Assembly: GCA_000708835.1 (NCBI GenBank)
Contig: DF237436.1
Span: 4,935-68,934 of the forward strand
Origin: Klebsormidium nitens
Lineage: Eukaryota; Plantae; Klebsormidiophyceae
Length of the DNA stretch: 64,000 nucleotides
Reading direction: 5' to 3'
Shown: piece by piece, positions 49,521-59,979 of the stretch
Layout: every line of letters begins with the position of its first letter
How positions within the stretch are numbered: the first letter of the stretch is position 1
The notes under the pieces: model-generated
Seen by the model: the letters and a program-made list of their open reading frames with translations, nothing else
Told to the model about the DNA's origin: nothing
The model's database searches: none
Translations under genes and position numbers: made by a program

Positions 49521-52383
49521 ATGGCAGCAACAGCTGTTTGCTTCCGCCCGCATCAGCTTCAACATTCAGCAACCAAGAGCTTTGCTTCAGAGCGTGATCT
49601 GCTGGCAAATCAACGCACATATTGCTCACAGAGGCAGGGAAAAGCTGCATTCCACTGCGTGATCCATCAATCTATGCCCGCAAGGGCAAAAGCTCATCTC
49701 ATAGCCAAAAGTGCTTGTCGCTTTGACTCGTGTTCCCTCCGCTCTTTGAACAAACGAACAGCTGTTGATAATCCCCAATTAGCAGCTTCTAAATCTAGGA
49801 CCAAGTGTCTGGAGCTGACACGGCGTCGTTGCAGCACATCAATGGCAAGCACAGGGTCGGGGAACGAAGCAGAAGAGGCTGCCAAGTCAAGCAGTCAGCA
49901 GGACATGACCGTGTTGTTCGTCGAGATGGGAGTTGGCTATGACCAGCACGGGTGAGAGTTTGCGTCAGCAGCTTCCCAATGGAAGCAGCATTGTCATAGT
50001 TTTAGGCAACCTGGCTGCGATTGCAGCCAATCGCTGCAGGATAGGATGATGTAGGACGCAGCTTCGGGGTGGTGGTGGCATTGCCATGCACTTTCGCTGC
50101 TGATGCCGCAGACAATGGCGCTGGTGGTATTCAAGTCATTGGTGTCATAAGTGCGACTAGGAAGGTGGCCAAACCACCGCATGGCAAGCCTTCAAAGAGT
50201 GCTCTGTACCACCCATTGAGCTTTTTAACGGCATGATTGAGTCATGATTCATTTGTGCTCTCAATTCCAGGTTGTCTGGGAATTCTACAATTTGGTGCCT
50301 GCTTGATGGCAAGTTACAAGAATTACCTCAAGGTTTGCCATCTTTCGCAGTGCTAATGAGCGACATGTTTGCTACAGTTGCTAACACTCGCATTCGCAGC
50401 TTGACAAACTAAGTGGGCCCCTGATCAATAAGAGCAGGTTTGTGGCAGCACGAGTTTCCGTGCCTTTAGCGAACAGAGGTGTCCGATCTTCAAATGATGT
50501 CACGGCTCTGCTCTGCAGGCAGGATATTACCAGCGCAGCAGTCAAAGCATGCAAGAATGCCATTACGTCAAACTCCATACCTGCATTCCGAACAGGTGGG
50601 ACATGCTGCTACCCTTTGAAAGTTGGCAGACAACATGGATTTCTCAGCAGCAGTTCCATGTCAGATTGCTGACAACTTTCAGTTTGTGGGAGCTTAGACA
50701 ATCACCAACTTGTGTTCGGAGCACCGTTCCTGGACCCCTACTACTTACTGTCTTGTGACGAGCCTGACTGCTGCGCTCTTCCTACACATATCCATTCTAG
50801 AATGATGACAGCCCGCTTCTACTGAGGAAAGCCACAGATCTTGACCACCCTCCGCTGTCTTGAGACCACTTCAAGGACAGTCTGCGGTGCCCTTGGAGAC
50901 TCTGCCCACCAGTTCCTAAGTCTGAGAGGCTACTTGTATGGTACATATCGATAGCAATGCTTGATGTTTCCCAACTGGCTTCAGGCTGCTGTCTTGTTCA
51001 CATAGAAGCAAGAGTAGAGCACAAACCTGACCACAAAGACGTCCAGTTGAACGTTCGGTTACAATCGGCTCGCCGATTGTGCCTTGTGTATATCTCTCAA
51101 CGAACCACCTTTTCATGAAGCGACGTTTAAAAATGCAGTGCAAATGAAGCATCAGTCCGTTTTTGTGTTGTCTCTTGGGGTGGCCACTTCTCTCGTCCCT
51201 CAATCGTTTGGAGCCCGTTCGAACGATTTATGGAGAATCGGAGCGGGAAGCAAGGAATATGAAGAGCCTGCCTGACTCGAAGAGCCATTGTACATTTCTG
51301 ACATTCCTCGGCGCCTTTTCTTTTGGTATAGGTGCGATTCCTGGGGTGAGCTGGGGCGAGATGAAGTTGAAAGTCGTCCTGGGCGTACCTCGGGAGGCCG
51401 CTCACGAGCTGGACATTCCAAAAGTGAAGGCCATCTTTCCATAGTAAGGAGGGATCCTATTCTTGAAATGCAAAGTGCTTCAAATAAGTCCGGCGCTGTG
51501 CTGCTTTACTTCGTGCGTGCATTCAAGCAACCTTGAAACTGTTCGCTTGAACTCGCGGATTGCCGGTACTTTCAAGGTCCGAAGACGATTTTCGATTTGT
51601 CCAGCTCATCGACCACGATTTAAAACGCCGTCCGTTCATAACATCGGGCGATAGGGTATCTTTGATGCTGTCTTGATTACCACAACTTCCTGCCCGCTGT
51701 TTTCTAGGAGAGTCTTGTGGAGAACGTCGCACGAAGGGCAATAGGTTGCTTTTGTATGTTTTTGGGACGCAAGGGACGCAAATGAATCGTTCGCTATACA
51801 AAATGGCTTCCAGAAACAGGCGTTTTGTATGGGCATTATTGCCTATACAAATTAGAGAATGCATATGCAAAACGCTTGATTTCATGTTTTGCATATGCAT
51901 TATTATGCCTATGCATTTTGCCGATGGTTTTGCATAGGCACTTTTCTGTCGTTCGCATTCAAAGGTTTTCCAAAATTGGGCGGGATTGAGTCAATCTGCT
52001 CAACAAGCACTGGGTCTGGACGGCCTAAGCCTAGCTGCGATAAAATATGGAGGCCTTTACCGAGCACGTTTCGCACGACGTCCTCAGTAAATCGTGCTTG
52101 CATTTCCCGACGCTCGCGGATTCAGACCCGATTTTCCGAGAATGGAAAATCGCTTCAGCATGCTAGACCGTAGTGCAATGGCCAACCCGCAACAGACTTT
52201 TTCCTGTTTGCTTTCCTGTTGCCCTCTTGTGACTTTGCCAGCTTTCGTTGCAGTGGCGACATAATTGACGTGGAGGTGAAGGACGGCGGACTAGTGTGCT
52301 CGAGTGGGGTCGCCATCGAGGCCCTCGGGGACAAGAACGATCAGTGCTACATCGTCAATGCGGCCGTTTATGTGGGCTACTAA
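49521..52383 (+). CDS. Lin0512-family conserved protein with a long Ser/Arg/Ala-rich N-terminal extension (putative organellar transit peptide)
   Basis: Phase-consistent exons 49521-49951, 50519-50595, 51332-51443, 52254-52383: VLFVEMGVGYDQHGQDITSAAVKACKNAITSNSIPAF...GGLVCSSGVAIEALGDKNDQCYIVNAAVYVGY*. The start codon is uncertain. Confidence 0.85.
51750..51940. repeat. Array of about 8 alternating-orientation 13-mers TGC(C/A)TAT(A/G)CAAAA forming successive hairpins, in intron 3 of the Lin0512-family gene
   Basis: Units at 51750(rc, partial), 51793, 51823(rc), 51840, 51860, 51887(rc), 51906, 51928(rc). Perfect 16-bp inverted repeat at 51858-51873/51886-51901. Confidence 0.8.
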
Positions 52384-53475
52384 AGTGTCTAGCTGCGCAT
52401 GAAGAGAACTTGTGCAAGCCCTCCTAATACGCTCAAACCCAGCCACCGTTGGAAGGAGGCTGTGAAACTGCTCAAGTCACAAAATTTTGTTCCTCAACTG
52501 CCTGCGGCATGGAAAAGGGGGCTCAGATCTCCCTGATTGCGAGATTCTGAAACCGTCGTAGGATAGTCAGGGGACTGAGCCATAGCCGGACACCATTGAG
52601 AGCTTGATGTCTTTGGACGATTGGCCACAAAGGCTCAACTCCGACCGGCTGTTTGACTTCGCTCTGCGATACACGCCAAGGCAACCAGACAAGCTATTGG
52701 TAGCTGCACTCTCCGTGCAAACGATCGTGGAAAATATTCATCCTCTTGAGCCAGTGAGTACGGCAGTTCAGAACATCGTCTTTCCGTGCAGATCGACCAC
52801 CTACTTCCTTGTTTCACGTACGTCATATGTGCTTATAGAAGCACATAGAGTTATCTTGTCATTTCACTGAGCTGCTTATGTGGAGGCCAGATGTTGCAGC
52901 TATACGGCCGTGGCGCCATAGCTGAGTGCTCGAGCTAGCCACGTTGCTCTTTCCTCGAGCTGGAATTGCACAAAAGTGACATGGGTGGATGGTGGCCAGC
53001 TGTATGCGGGCGCCCATGACTCTTGGACTAGGATATCATCAGCCGCAAGCATCCAAAAATTCAAACAGTACCCTGGTTACCAGGAATCGTATGGACTTCT
53101 GCAACCATGATTTCAGAGACCCGACTGCCATCACCACTACATGCCAAATCCTACAGTCACATGCAATGCATGCTTGAATTGACTTTGATCATGACAGGCA
53201 TAACCTGCATGCCAGAATTAAGCGGCGTGTGCAGTAAGAGTGACTGAACACGCAAGAGCAGCCGTCTACACGTAATTGGCATTGTCACTAAAAATTGGCA
53301 TGAAGGCCCATATGGACACAAAGTGTCCCTCGTGTGCGCGTCACACAAGGTGTGCGAGGTGTCAGCTCCTTGAGCTCGACTGTTCTATTGCGGATGTCTA
53401 CAAGGCCGACTCACCGTCGTTTCCCCGCCTTTCAAACAGGACTCGGCGGGGCAACAAAGTGTCAAACTGGGAAGC

Positions 53476-54754
53476 CTAATAGAGCGTGCTATTCCAAGGA
53501 ACTTGATAACCTCTCGGGTACGATGTGTAGATCTTGGGATAAGCTGGCCAGACGTCCTTCACAAACGGCCCATAGAAAGTCTTTGGGAGCACTGCAAAAC
53601 GACGCAGCCGGCAAGGTGAGCAGCTAGAGCAAGGTTGGATGGGGATTAGAAACGCATCACTTTCCTGCAGCTAAAAGACACACCTCACGCAAGGACTTGC
53701 CTGCCATGACGAGAACAAGCTAGGAAGGAGTTCAGCCCTCGCTGCGCGCACAACTCAGATGAAGTCAGAAGAGCGCAAGCAGAGTAAGAAAGTCGTCTTT
53801 GAAACAGCGTTCATATTCATTTAACGCCTGCACTTACCCAAGTACCGATCGTCTCGCACTTCGAGAGCAACTTGGAGGAGGCCCAAGAAATAGAGTAAGA
53901 AGCCACTGTACAGGACGCAGAAGACGAGCAGAATGTAGCCTGCAAAGTCGTGAGAAGAGATGAGTAAAGCCCCTAGGAGGGTTGATGAATGCTGTCACGA
54001 TTGGGTGTGTTTCAGCTGTGGGCTCAGTTTCAACGAGCTGTGAATGGGCATACTCTGCTTACGAGGGCGCACCCACCTTTCAGCATTGGTTGACAGGAGA
54101 ATTTCCTAAGTCATTGTGAGCACCGGCGCTACTGCAAGCTTCCAGCTCACTTTCAAAAGCAGGAAGGAGACCACCTTCTCACCCCAGTTCCGGTAGGTGA
54201 TGCCAAAGACCCCGGGGAACCGCTTCTTGATGATGCGCATGGACGGGGATCGGCCATAGTTTCTCCGAGCCGAGGGGCTCCGAGTCTGAGGGAAAGCAAA
54301 AGCAGGACCTCAGCAAAAGAGACTTCTTTGGCAGCTCAAACCTCAAAGTCCCAAACTTAGGCTGCTGATCCTGCTTAAGAACAACCAAAATACTTGCTTT
54401 TTCGACTTTTGATGAACTAACTTCTTGACTTCAGCTTTCACACCCGCAGCACATCAGTGCTTCACCCATGTACCTAGGGGATGCTTGTACATGCCAGATG
54501 TTTGAGATCTGTGCTGCACAGGTCGGCCCCGGCATTTTGGGCCGGGCGAAACTCCGTCCTAGCTATGACACACACTGGCAACTCAAGGCTGTGCAAAGGC
54601 TGCCCAGCAACCGGTGCATAGAGTAATCAGGAATGCTCTCAGTCATGGGAAAGGATGACAGCAGCACTCTAAGAGGTGACGACCAAGGGTTGTTGACCTT
54701 TCTCACCAATTCAATGTTGGAATCGATGGCGACCCTGGCCGCAGGCGAGGCCAT
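53476..54754 (-). CDS. Small type II membrane protein (122 aa) resembling the Na+/K+-ATPase beta-subunit N-terminus/TM
   Basis: Four exons with canonical GT-AG sites and consistent phases: 54754-54707, 54285-54183, 53939-53838, 53591-53476. Product MASPAARVAIDSNIELTRSPSARRNYGRSPSMRIIKKRFPGVFGITYRNWGYILLVFCVLYSGFLLYFLGLLQVALEVRDDRYLVLPKTFYGPFVKDVWPAYPKIYTSYPRGYQVPWNSTLY*. The gene model is better supported than the family assignment. Confidence 0.65.
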
Positions 54755-54945
54755 GGCTTGCTCTGCCCACTGCCCTCCTCCGGCCCCTCAAATGCAGGTC
54801 ACTCTGCGGCAAGGCTAGTACATTCAGCAATAAGAGCCCGCTGGCACTGCTGCCCCTCCCAGCAGATGAGACAGGAACTCCCAAGAACGCTCTTGGCGGT
54901 CCTGCACACCTGAAAAGTTCTTCTTGGACCGCTGTCCTGCCTCCC

Positions 54946-54952
54946 GTTTATA
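54946..54952 (-). promoter_or_regulatory. Putative TATA box of the beta-subunit-like gene
   Basis: TATAAAC on the minus strand about 190 nt upstream of the ATG at 54754. Confidence 0.5.
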
Positions 54953-56448
54953 ACTAGGCAACTGGGTAGGATCCTGCAACCCTTCAGGCGCAAGGGCAGA
55001 CTGAGGCACTGCGGATCCAAGAGCACTCTACTACCTAATAGAATTTCGACCAGACTCTCACACCTGCATTCATACCACAGGTCCTAGTCATGTCCATTCA
55101 GACATTAGTCCATACTGTATCTATAATCTAGTGTGAATTGTTGCGTGAGGATTTTTACGGTGTGTCAATGACATCGTGACTGAGGCCCAGGGTGCGTTCT
55201 GAACCGGCCGGCGGCGGCCGATGGAAACGCTTACCAACCTCAGTGCGCGCGCGGGCTTTATTTATCGACGGTGCGAAATTTTATTAACTTGAGATCGGAC
55301 GGTATGAATTGGCTTTCAAAGTTCTCGTCTACATTGTACCAACGGTGCTGATGATGCTGATGCTACCGGTATCTAAGTGGTATTAGCCTATAGTACCCTG
55401 AGGTCACGCCACGCACGCGAGCGAGCTGAGCCTGAACTTCGTGTGTACCGACAACCTTTCTCATTGCAACTAAACTATACCTTAGGGGGAGTCCACCTCG
55501 CGAGCTTCTGAAATGTTCCTTCGGCATCTCCGTAACAGGATTTTGGAGTCAGTACTTTTATGCAAGCCGCGCATGGCGATGCGCCATGCGGCTGAATTGA
55601 AAGAAGGGCAGAAAGAGTGTATTGCTCTCGCAGTTGTTCGCCCCAAGTCGTCCTAGTCGTGTGCAAAACACGTGCGCAGGCGGTATATCTCCATCAGGTG
55701 CGATTAGATGGGATAGAAGGAATGCATGCCCGCGAATTTGTGTTTGACGAATCCGCCATGTGGAGTGGGAAGAGTATCTGAGTCTCCAGCACCGTCAGCT
55801 GCATTGCGGAAATTGTACAAATACATCAGCCCTCGGAGCTAATTCCAAAGTTGCTCATGCATGCTCCGTTCGCAAACTCGCTGCAACAGCACATGGCACT
55901 AACATCGTGAGCTCTATCAAGTAAGATTGCCCGCACGCCGGAGCCGTATATTGATGTTCCGAATTAAGCATGTCGATCTGATCTTGGATCCTTTTGCTCA
56001 ACAGGCTTTGTTTACTATCTTGAATATTTGATTGTTGTAATTTGATTGTACAATACATATTGCGTTTGAAACCAATGAGAAAGGAAGGGCTCTTTGGGGG
56101 GCCTTGCTGGTCAACTCTAGCTGACCTGATCTTACGAAAGCGGAATGTCAGATTTGGATCAAACATCCACCGGCGGTGTCCTCACACAGATATGAGTCTC
56201 TCCATCCAATATGATTAGTCAGTGCCGCTTTGGCCCCTCATCATGGTTCCAGGCTCCCGGCTGCCCGGGGCTTTGTGACTCGGATCGCTTTGACGTTAGA
56301 TGCCGTATGAGCTTAGCTCGCTGGTTTGGAGATGTTGAGATGTGGCTTCACATGCGACGCCCTGACACACAGCAACGCATGTGCATGCCAACCTTCGTCA
56401 TACACGCGTGGGGTTTGCAGCTTGTCAACTCGAAATGATTCAACCATC

Positions 56449-59400
56449 TTACTTGGCTCTCCGACGAAACAAAAACTTTATCTCCCCGTTCTGCAGCCTC
56501 TGGCCCGAGATCACAAAACGAGCACCCTGCACCAGCATCCGCTGCATGATTCTCGCGATGTTGTGTGCGTCATCCAGCCCGACGTGGTGCGTACCCCACA
56601 GCGGAAGTTGGAGGTCCCGCAGCATCGGCCGCATGCCGCTTGCCTGCATGAAGATAATTCAACGAAGTCGGTATTCAGAAGGGACTTCAAAAGCAAGCGG
56701 GAAAACTACGCGACAACGTCGGCGTTTAGTGAAGACTCCGGAAGCAAGCAGGAGAACCACGCTACGACTACGGCGCTGCGAGGTACGAAGGGTACGAAAG
56801 AGGTCGAAGCTTGAAATCAAGGACAATAATTGCTGTGACTTCGCGTCGTCAGCCGACGTACATATGCCGAGAATCCGCTTCCAAAATAGGGCTGTAGCCC
56901 GGTGCTTGATGTGTGAAAGGTTGCGGCGACGAGCTCTTTCACGGTTGAATCTGAAGACTGTAAGGACTCGTGCCGAAAAAACAACTTTGAGAAACCAGCA
57001 CGAGGGTGTGCCTCCGAATCGGGTATGGGCTCGGGGACCAAACCTGAGAACGGATGGAGACTCACGTTTCGTCTGTAGTGGTTGACGTAGATGTCTTTGA
57101 TGTTTATCCACTCATTAAAGTAAGGAGGTATGCCGATCTCCGAAGAAACGCACTGCTCCGCGATCTTGGTCTTGATGTCCCAATTACCACTGCAAGAGGA
57201 GAGAGCAGCATTGTGTCAATCGACTATACGTAAGGCGGGTAAAGTGCCATTTACGCGAAGAACGTCCGAAGATTGGAACAGGAACAAGCTCGTGGAATCG
57301 ATGGTTTGCGCTTGACCAGGCGGGATCGCAGGATCAAGTGAACACTCAGGGCCCGTCGTCAATTCAGCATATCAACCGAAAACGGTTCAAAATCAGGCCA
57401 CGAAATGCAAAAGCGTACCAAGCCCTGGATCCACCGAGGAGCTGCAGAGAGAAAACATTCTTGTCGCACAGACAGGCTTGGGGACCTGGGTCAAACTCAC
57501 CAAGTAACAAACGCTGCATTTTTGACTCACCAAGTAACAAACGCTGCATTTTGCAGCTTGCCTGACGTCGAGGCCGCTTCGTTCGCCGCCTCGGGTCCCT
57601 GGTCTTTGTCTGAAGTTGCCGTGCTGCCGTCATTCTCTGCCCCCGACGTTTGCTGTGCGCTCTCGTTCGTCGGCGGCCTCCACAGGCCGTGCCCCTCTAG
57701 CCACACCTCGAACTCGTCCAGGACTTGGGTGAACGGGATGGCGGTGTCAAACCAAACGCTGCAAGCAGGGCGCTGCACGTGAGAACAAATGCGAGCCAGG
57801 AGCTAGAGAGAGTCAAAGATCGCCCGGTCGTTTAGTTGAAACATCATGGGGATTCGTTACTGAGGAACGCCGTGGGCGTTGCAGGCAGAAGCCTACCTAA
57901 AGGCAGCCCTCACGCACGCACAGAAAATGAAAAGCCCCAGCAAATTGGAGTCTCGAGAGACTCACCGGTGAATGCCCATCAGGCCGTATTTGCCCTTCAC
58001 GTATTGTGTAATGTACTCATCGGACATTTTGACGGGGCAAACAAATCTGCAAGAAAGGCACAGAGAAAAGTAGGTTCACTAGCACTTCAAGGAGGACCGG
58101 GATCCCCTAGCCAAAGGTGACGAAGATTCAAGCACTGTAACATGGGCTTGCACACCCTGCGAGGGAGTATGCAGGCTGGCCAGACGCCTGCCTGGCCGTT
58201 TAAGTATCCAGTGCTTTGCAGCGACATTCCTTCAGAAACAACAACCCCAAATTGGCAACATGAAGAAATGATGAGTAACCAAGTATTCGCTTCGGCTTCT
58301 ACCTATGAAAGCGGTCCAGCACTTTGAGAGTCTTGGGGTCGAGCAAGACGACTGGAAACTCCAGGATCTCGACGCGCCCCTCCAGGTCCAGGATGAGGTA
58401 CTTGTCAAACGGCTGGGGCCGCACCCGCCGCCAATCGGCAGGCCGCACTGGCAGCTCTGGATACTTGTGGGCATGTTGGTCCGTGTGGTTTGCATTCCAC
58501 CCCTGGCACGAGCAACAGCAGTCGCCGCCTCAGCTAGTATCTATATGCTAGACACTTAGGGGACTCTTGATGATGAGGACTCTCAGCCCCATGACCACAA
58601 AAATAAGAAGTGAGAGGCTGGAGGTTGTACGGCGGCACACAGTTGGCTGTTTGGTGAAACACTCCCCACTGACGAGAATGGAATGTTGAGGGGCTTCTTT
58701 GCAGACGAGATAGATGACTCTAGGCCTATGACTCAGCAATAAGGAGTCTCGAAGATTCCCAAGAAGGCTTTGATTGGCAGGGGTACGGCAGAATGAGGTG
58801 TGGGGTGTTCCTGACTGTAACTGATCTGCGGGGGAGGACTCAATGTCTCACCGACACAGAGCAGGAGCTTTGAGCTCGACAGACAGTAGATTTACAAAGC
58901 AGGAAAAAGCTGCCAAAGACGGGGGCCCAGTACTCGTTCAGGTGCACCAAATGGCACTGAGTCAGTGGCTGTTTTCAAGCCGCTCTCAGAATGTGATACA
59001 ATAGGTGCACCACTTGCCTGATCGCATTTTCCCTGGGTCCAGTAGTAACAAAGGCGTTTTGTCCCCACTTTGGGTGCCACCGCCTCAACTGCTGCTTCCC
59101 TCACGGAATCCACTGGTGCAGTCTGCTTATGCCCACCGCTTGTTGATGGGGCCCCGGACGAGTCGCTCTCGTGCTCCCCCATCGTCATTCCCACTGACAC
59201 ACTGTCCCTCCCAGATGTATTAGCAGGTTCTTGGGGCGCCTGAATTGCGTCCCAGTTGCTAAGTCTGAGGGAATCTGATGTTGATTGGAATTTGCTGGCA
59301 AGGGGCGGATCATCACTAGCAACCGCTTGAGACCCAAGGCCTGCGCAGACGGTTACAAAACCTTTCGGAAAGATAGTTTCATTACTAGGATGGTTGCGGT

Positions 59401-59527
59401 AGTGGTGGCTTGGTAGAAATGCATTTTGCGGGAGGGAGTGGTTATAAAAGCTCGAGGAGAGTTTTTTCCACAAGGTGGCCCATTGGGTGTGAACGCCTGT
59501 ATTTCGAAAAGCTACAGTTTGTGCCAT
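56449..59527 (-). CDS. ERI1/ERI3-family DEDDh 3'-5' exoribonuclease with an N-terminal CCCH zinc finger
   Basis: YLILDLEGRVEILEFPVVLLD (Exo I), AAFVTCGNWDIKTK (Exo II), GTHHVGLDDAHNIARI (Exo III), WINIKDIY. CCCH CYYWTQGKCDQPLTQCHLVH. Exons include 59527-59018, one from 58968 (3' end uncertain), 58502-58303, and downstream exons to TAA at 56449. The start codon is uncertain. Confidence 0.9.
57495..57552 (-). repeat. 30-nt-period tandem duplication of an exon 3' end plus splice donor in the exonuclease gene
   Basis: actcaccaagtaacaaacgctgcatttt at 57495 and 57525 (minus strand AAAATGCAGCGTTTGTTACTTG|gtgagt twice). Confidence 0.9.
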
Positions 59528-59979
59528 GTCACTACTTTCAAAAAACTTTAGCTCCTGGTGGTGTACTCGCAACCACCGTGTTTGAACTTATCTTGATTGA
59601 GGGCAGTCGGACTTACCACCACCATACAACATTAGAGGCTTGCTACGTAGTCTGTAAGAATTCTCCCTTCAGTGCAGTGAAGGGCGTTTCAACCTGCGTG
59701 GTGTTTTGATTTCAAGTGATCTTTCGAAATGCCATTTTGCATGGTGCCCTCATGCAGAACTATGGCTCTCAACAGGCAGGGTCAACAGGTGCGCCCTGTG
59801 ATTTGTTGTCAGGGCTCAGCAACAGTTTGAAGTAATTTCCAGTTGGAAATTTACATTGTCCAGTTTTAAAACTTGAAAGCTCTGACTCCACCGAAATTTC
59901 AGAGCCGACTTCAAAGCTGAAAAGCAGTATGTGAACCTGCACAAATTGAATTGAAGTTAGTGCAGGGGTTCTCCAACTA

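Noticed and set aside
50803-50930. ATGATGA followed by CTGA in intron 2 of the Lin0512-family gene (C/D-box-like)
   Set aside because: No terminal stem or D box at the usual distance, and I could not match the guide to rRNA
52122-52160. Hairpin + 10 nt + CTAG resembling a Helitron 3' end
   Set aside because: The hairpin is AT-rich, CTAG is followed by A rather than T, and no matching 5' TC end was identified
53700-53745. Possible extra exon with a GC donor (CAG|GCAAGT) inside intron 3 of the beta-like gene
   Set aside because: Including it breaks phase with the downstream exon; the direct GT-AG join 53838/53591 is in frame
55565-55593. GC-rich hairpin AGCC(GC)GCATGGCG-ATG-CGCCATGC-GGCT in the intergenic region
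   Set aside because: Isolated, with no flanking element boundaries or RNA-gene features
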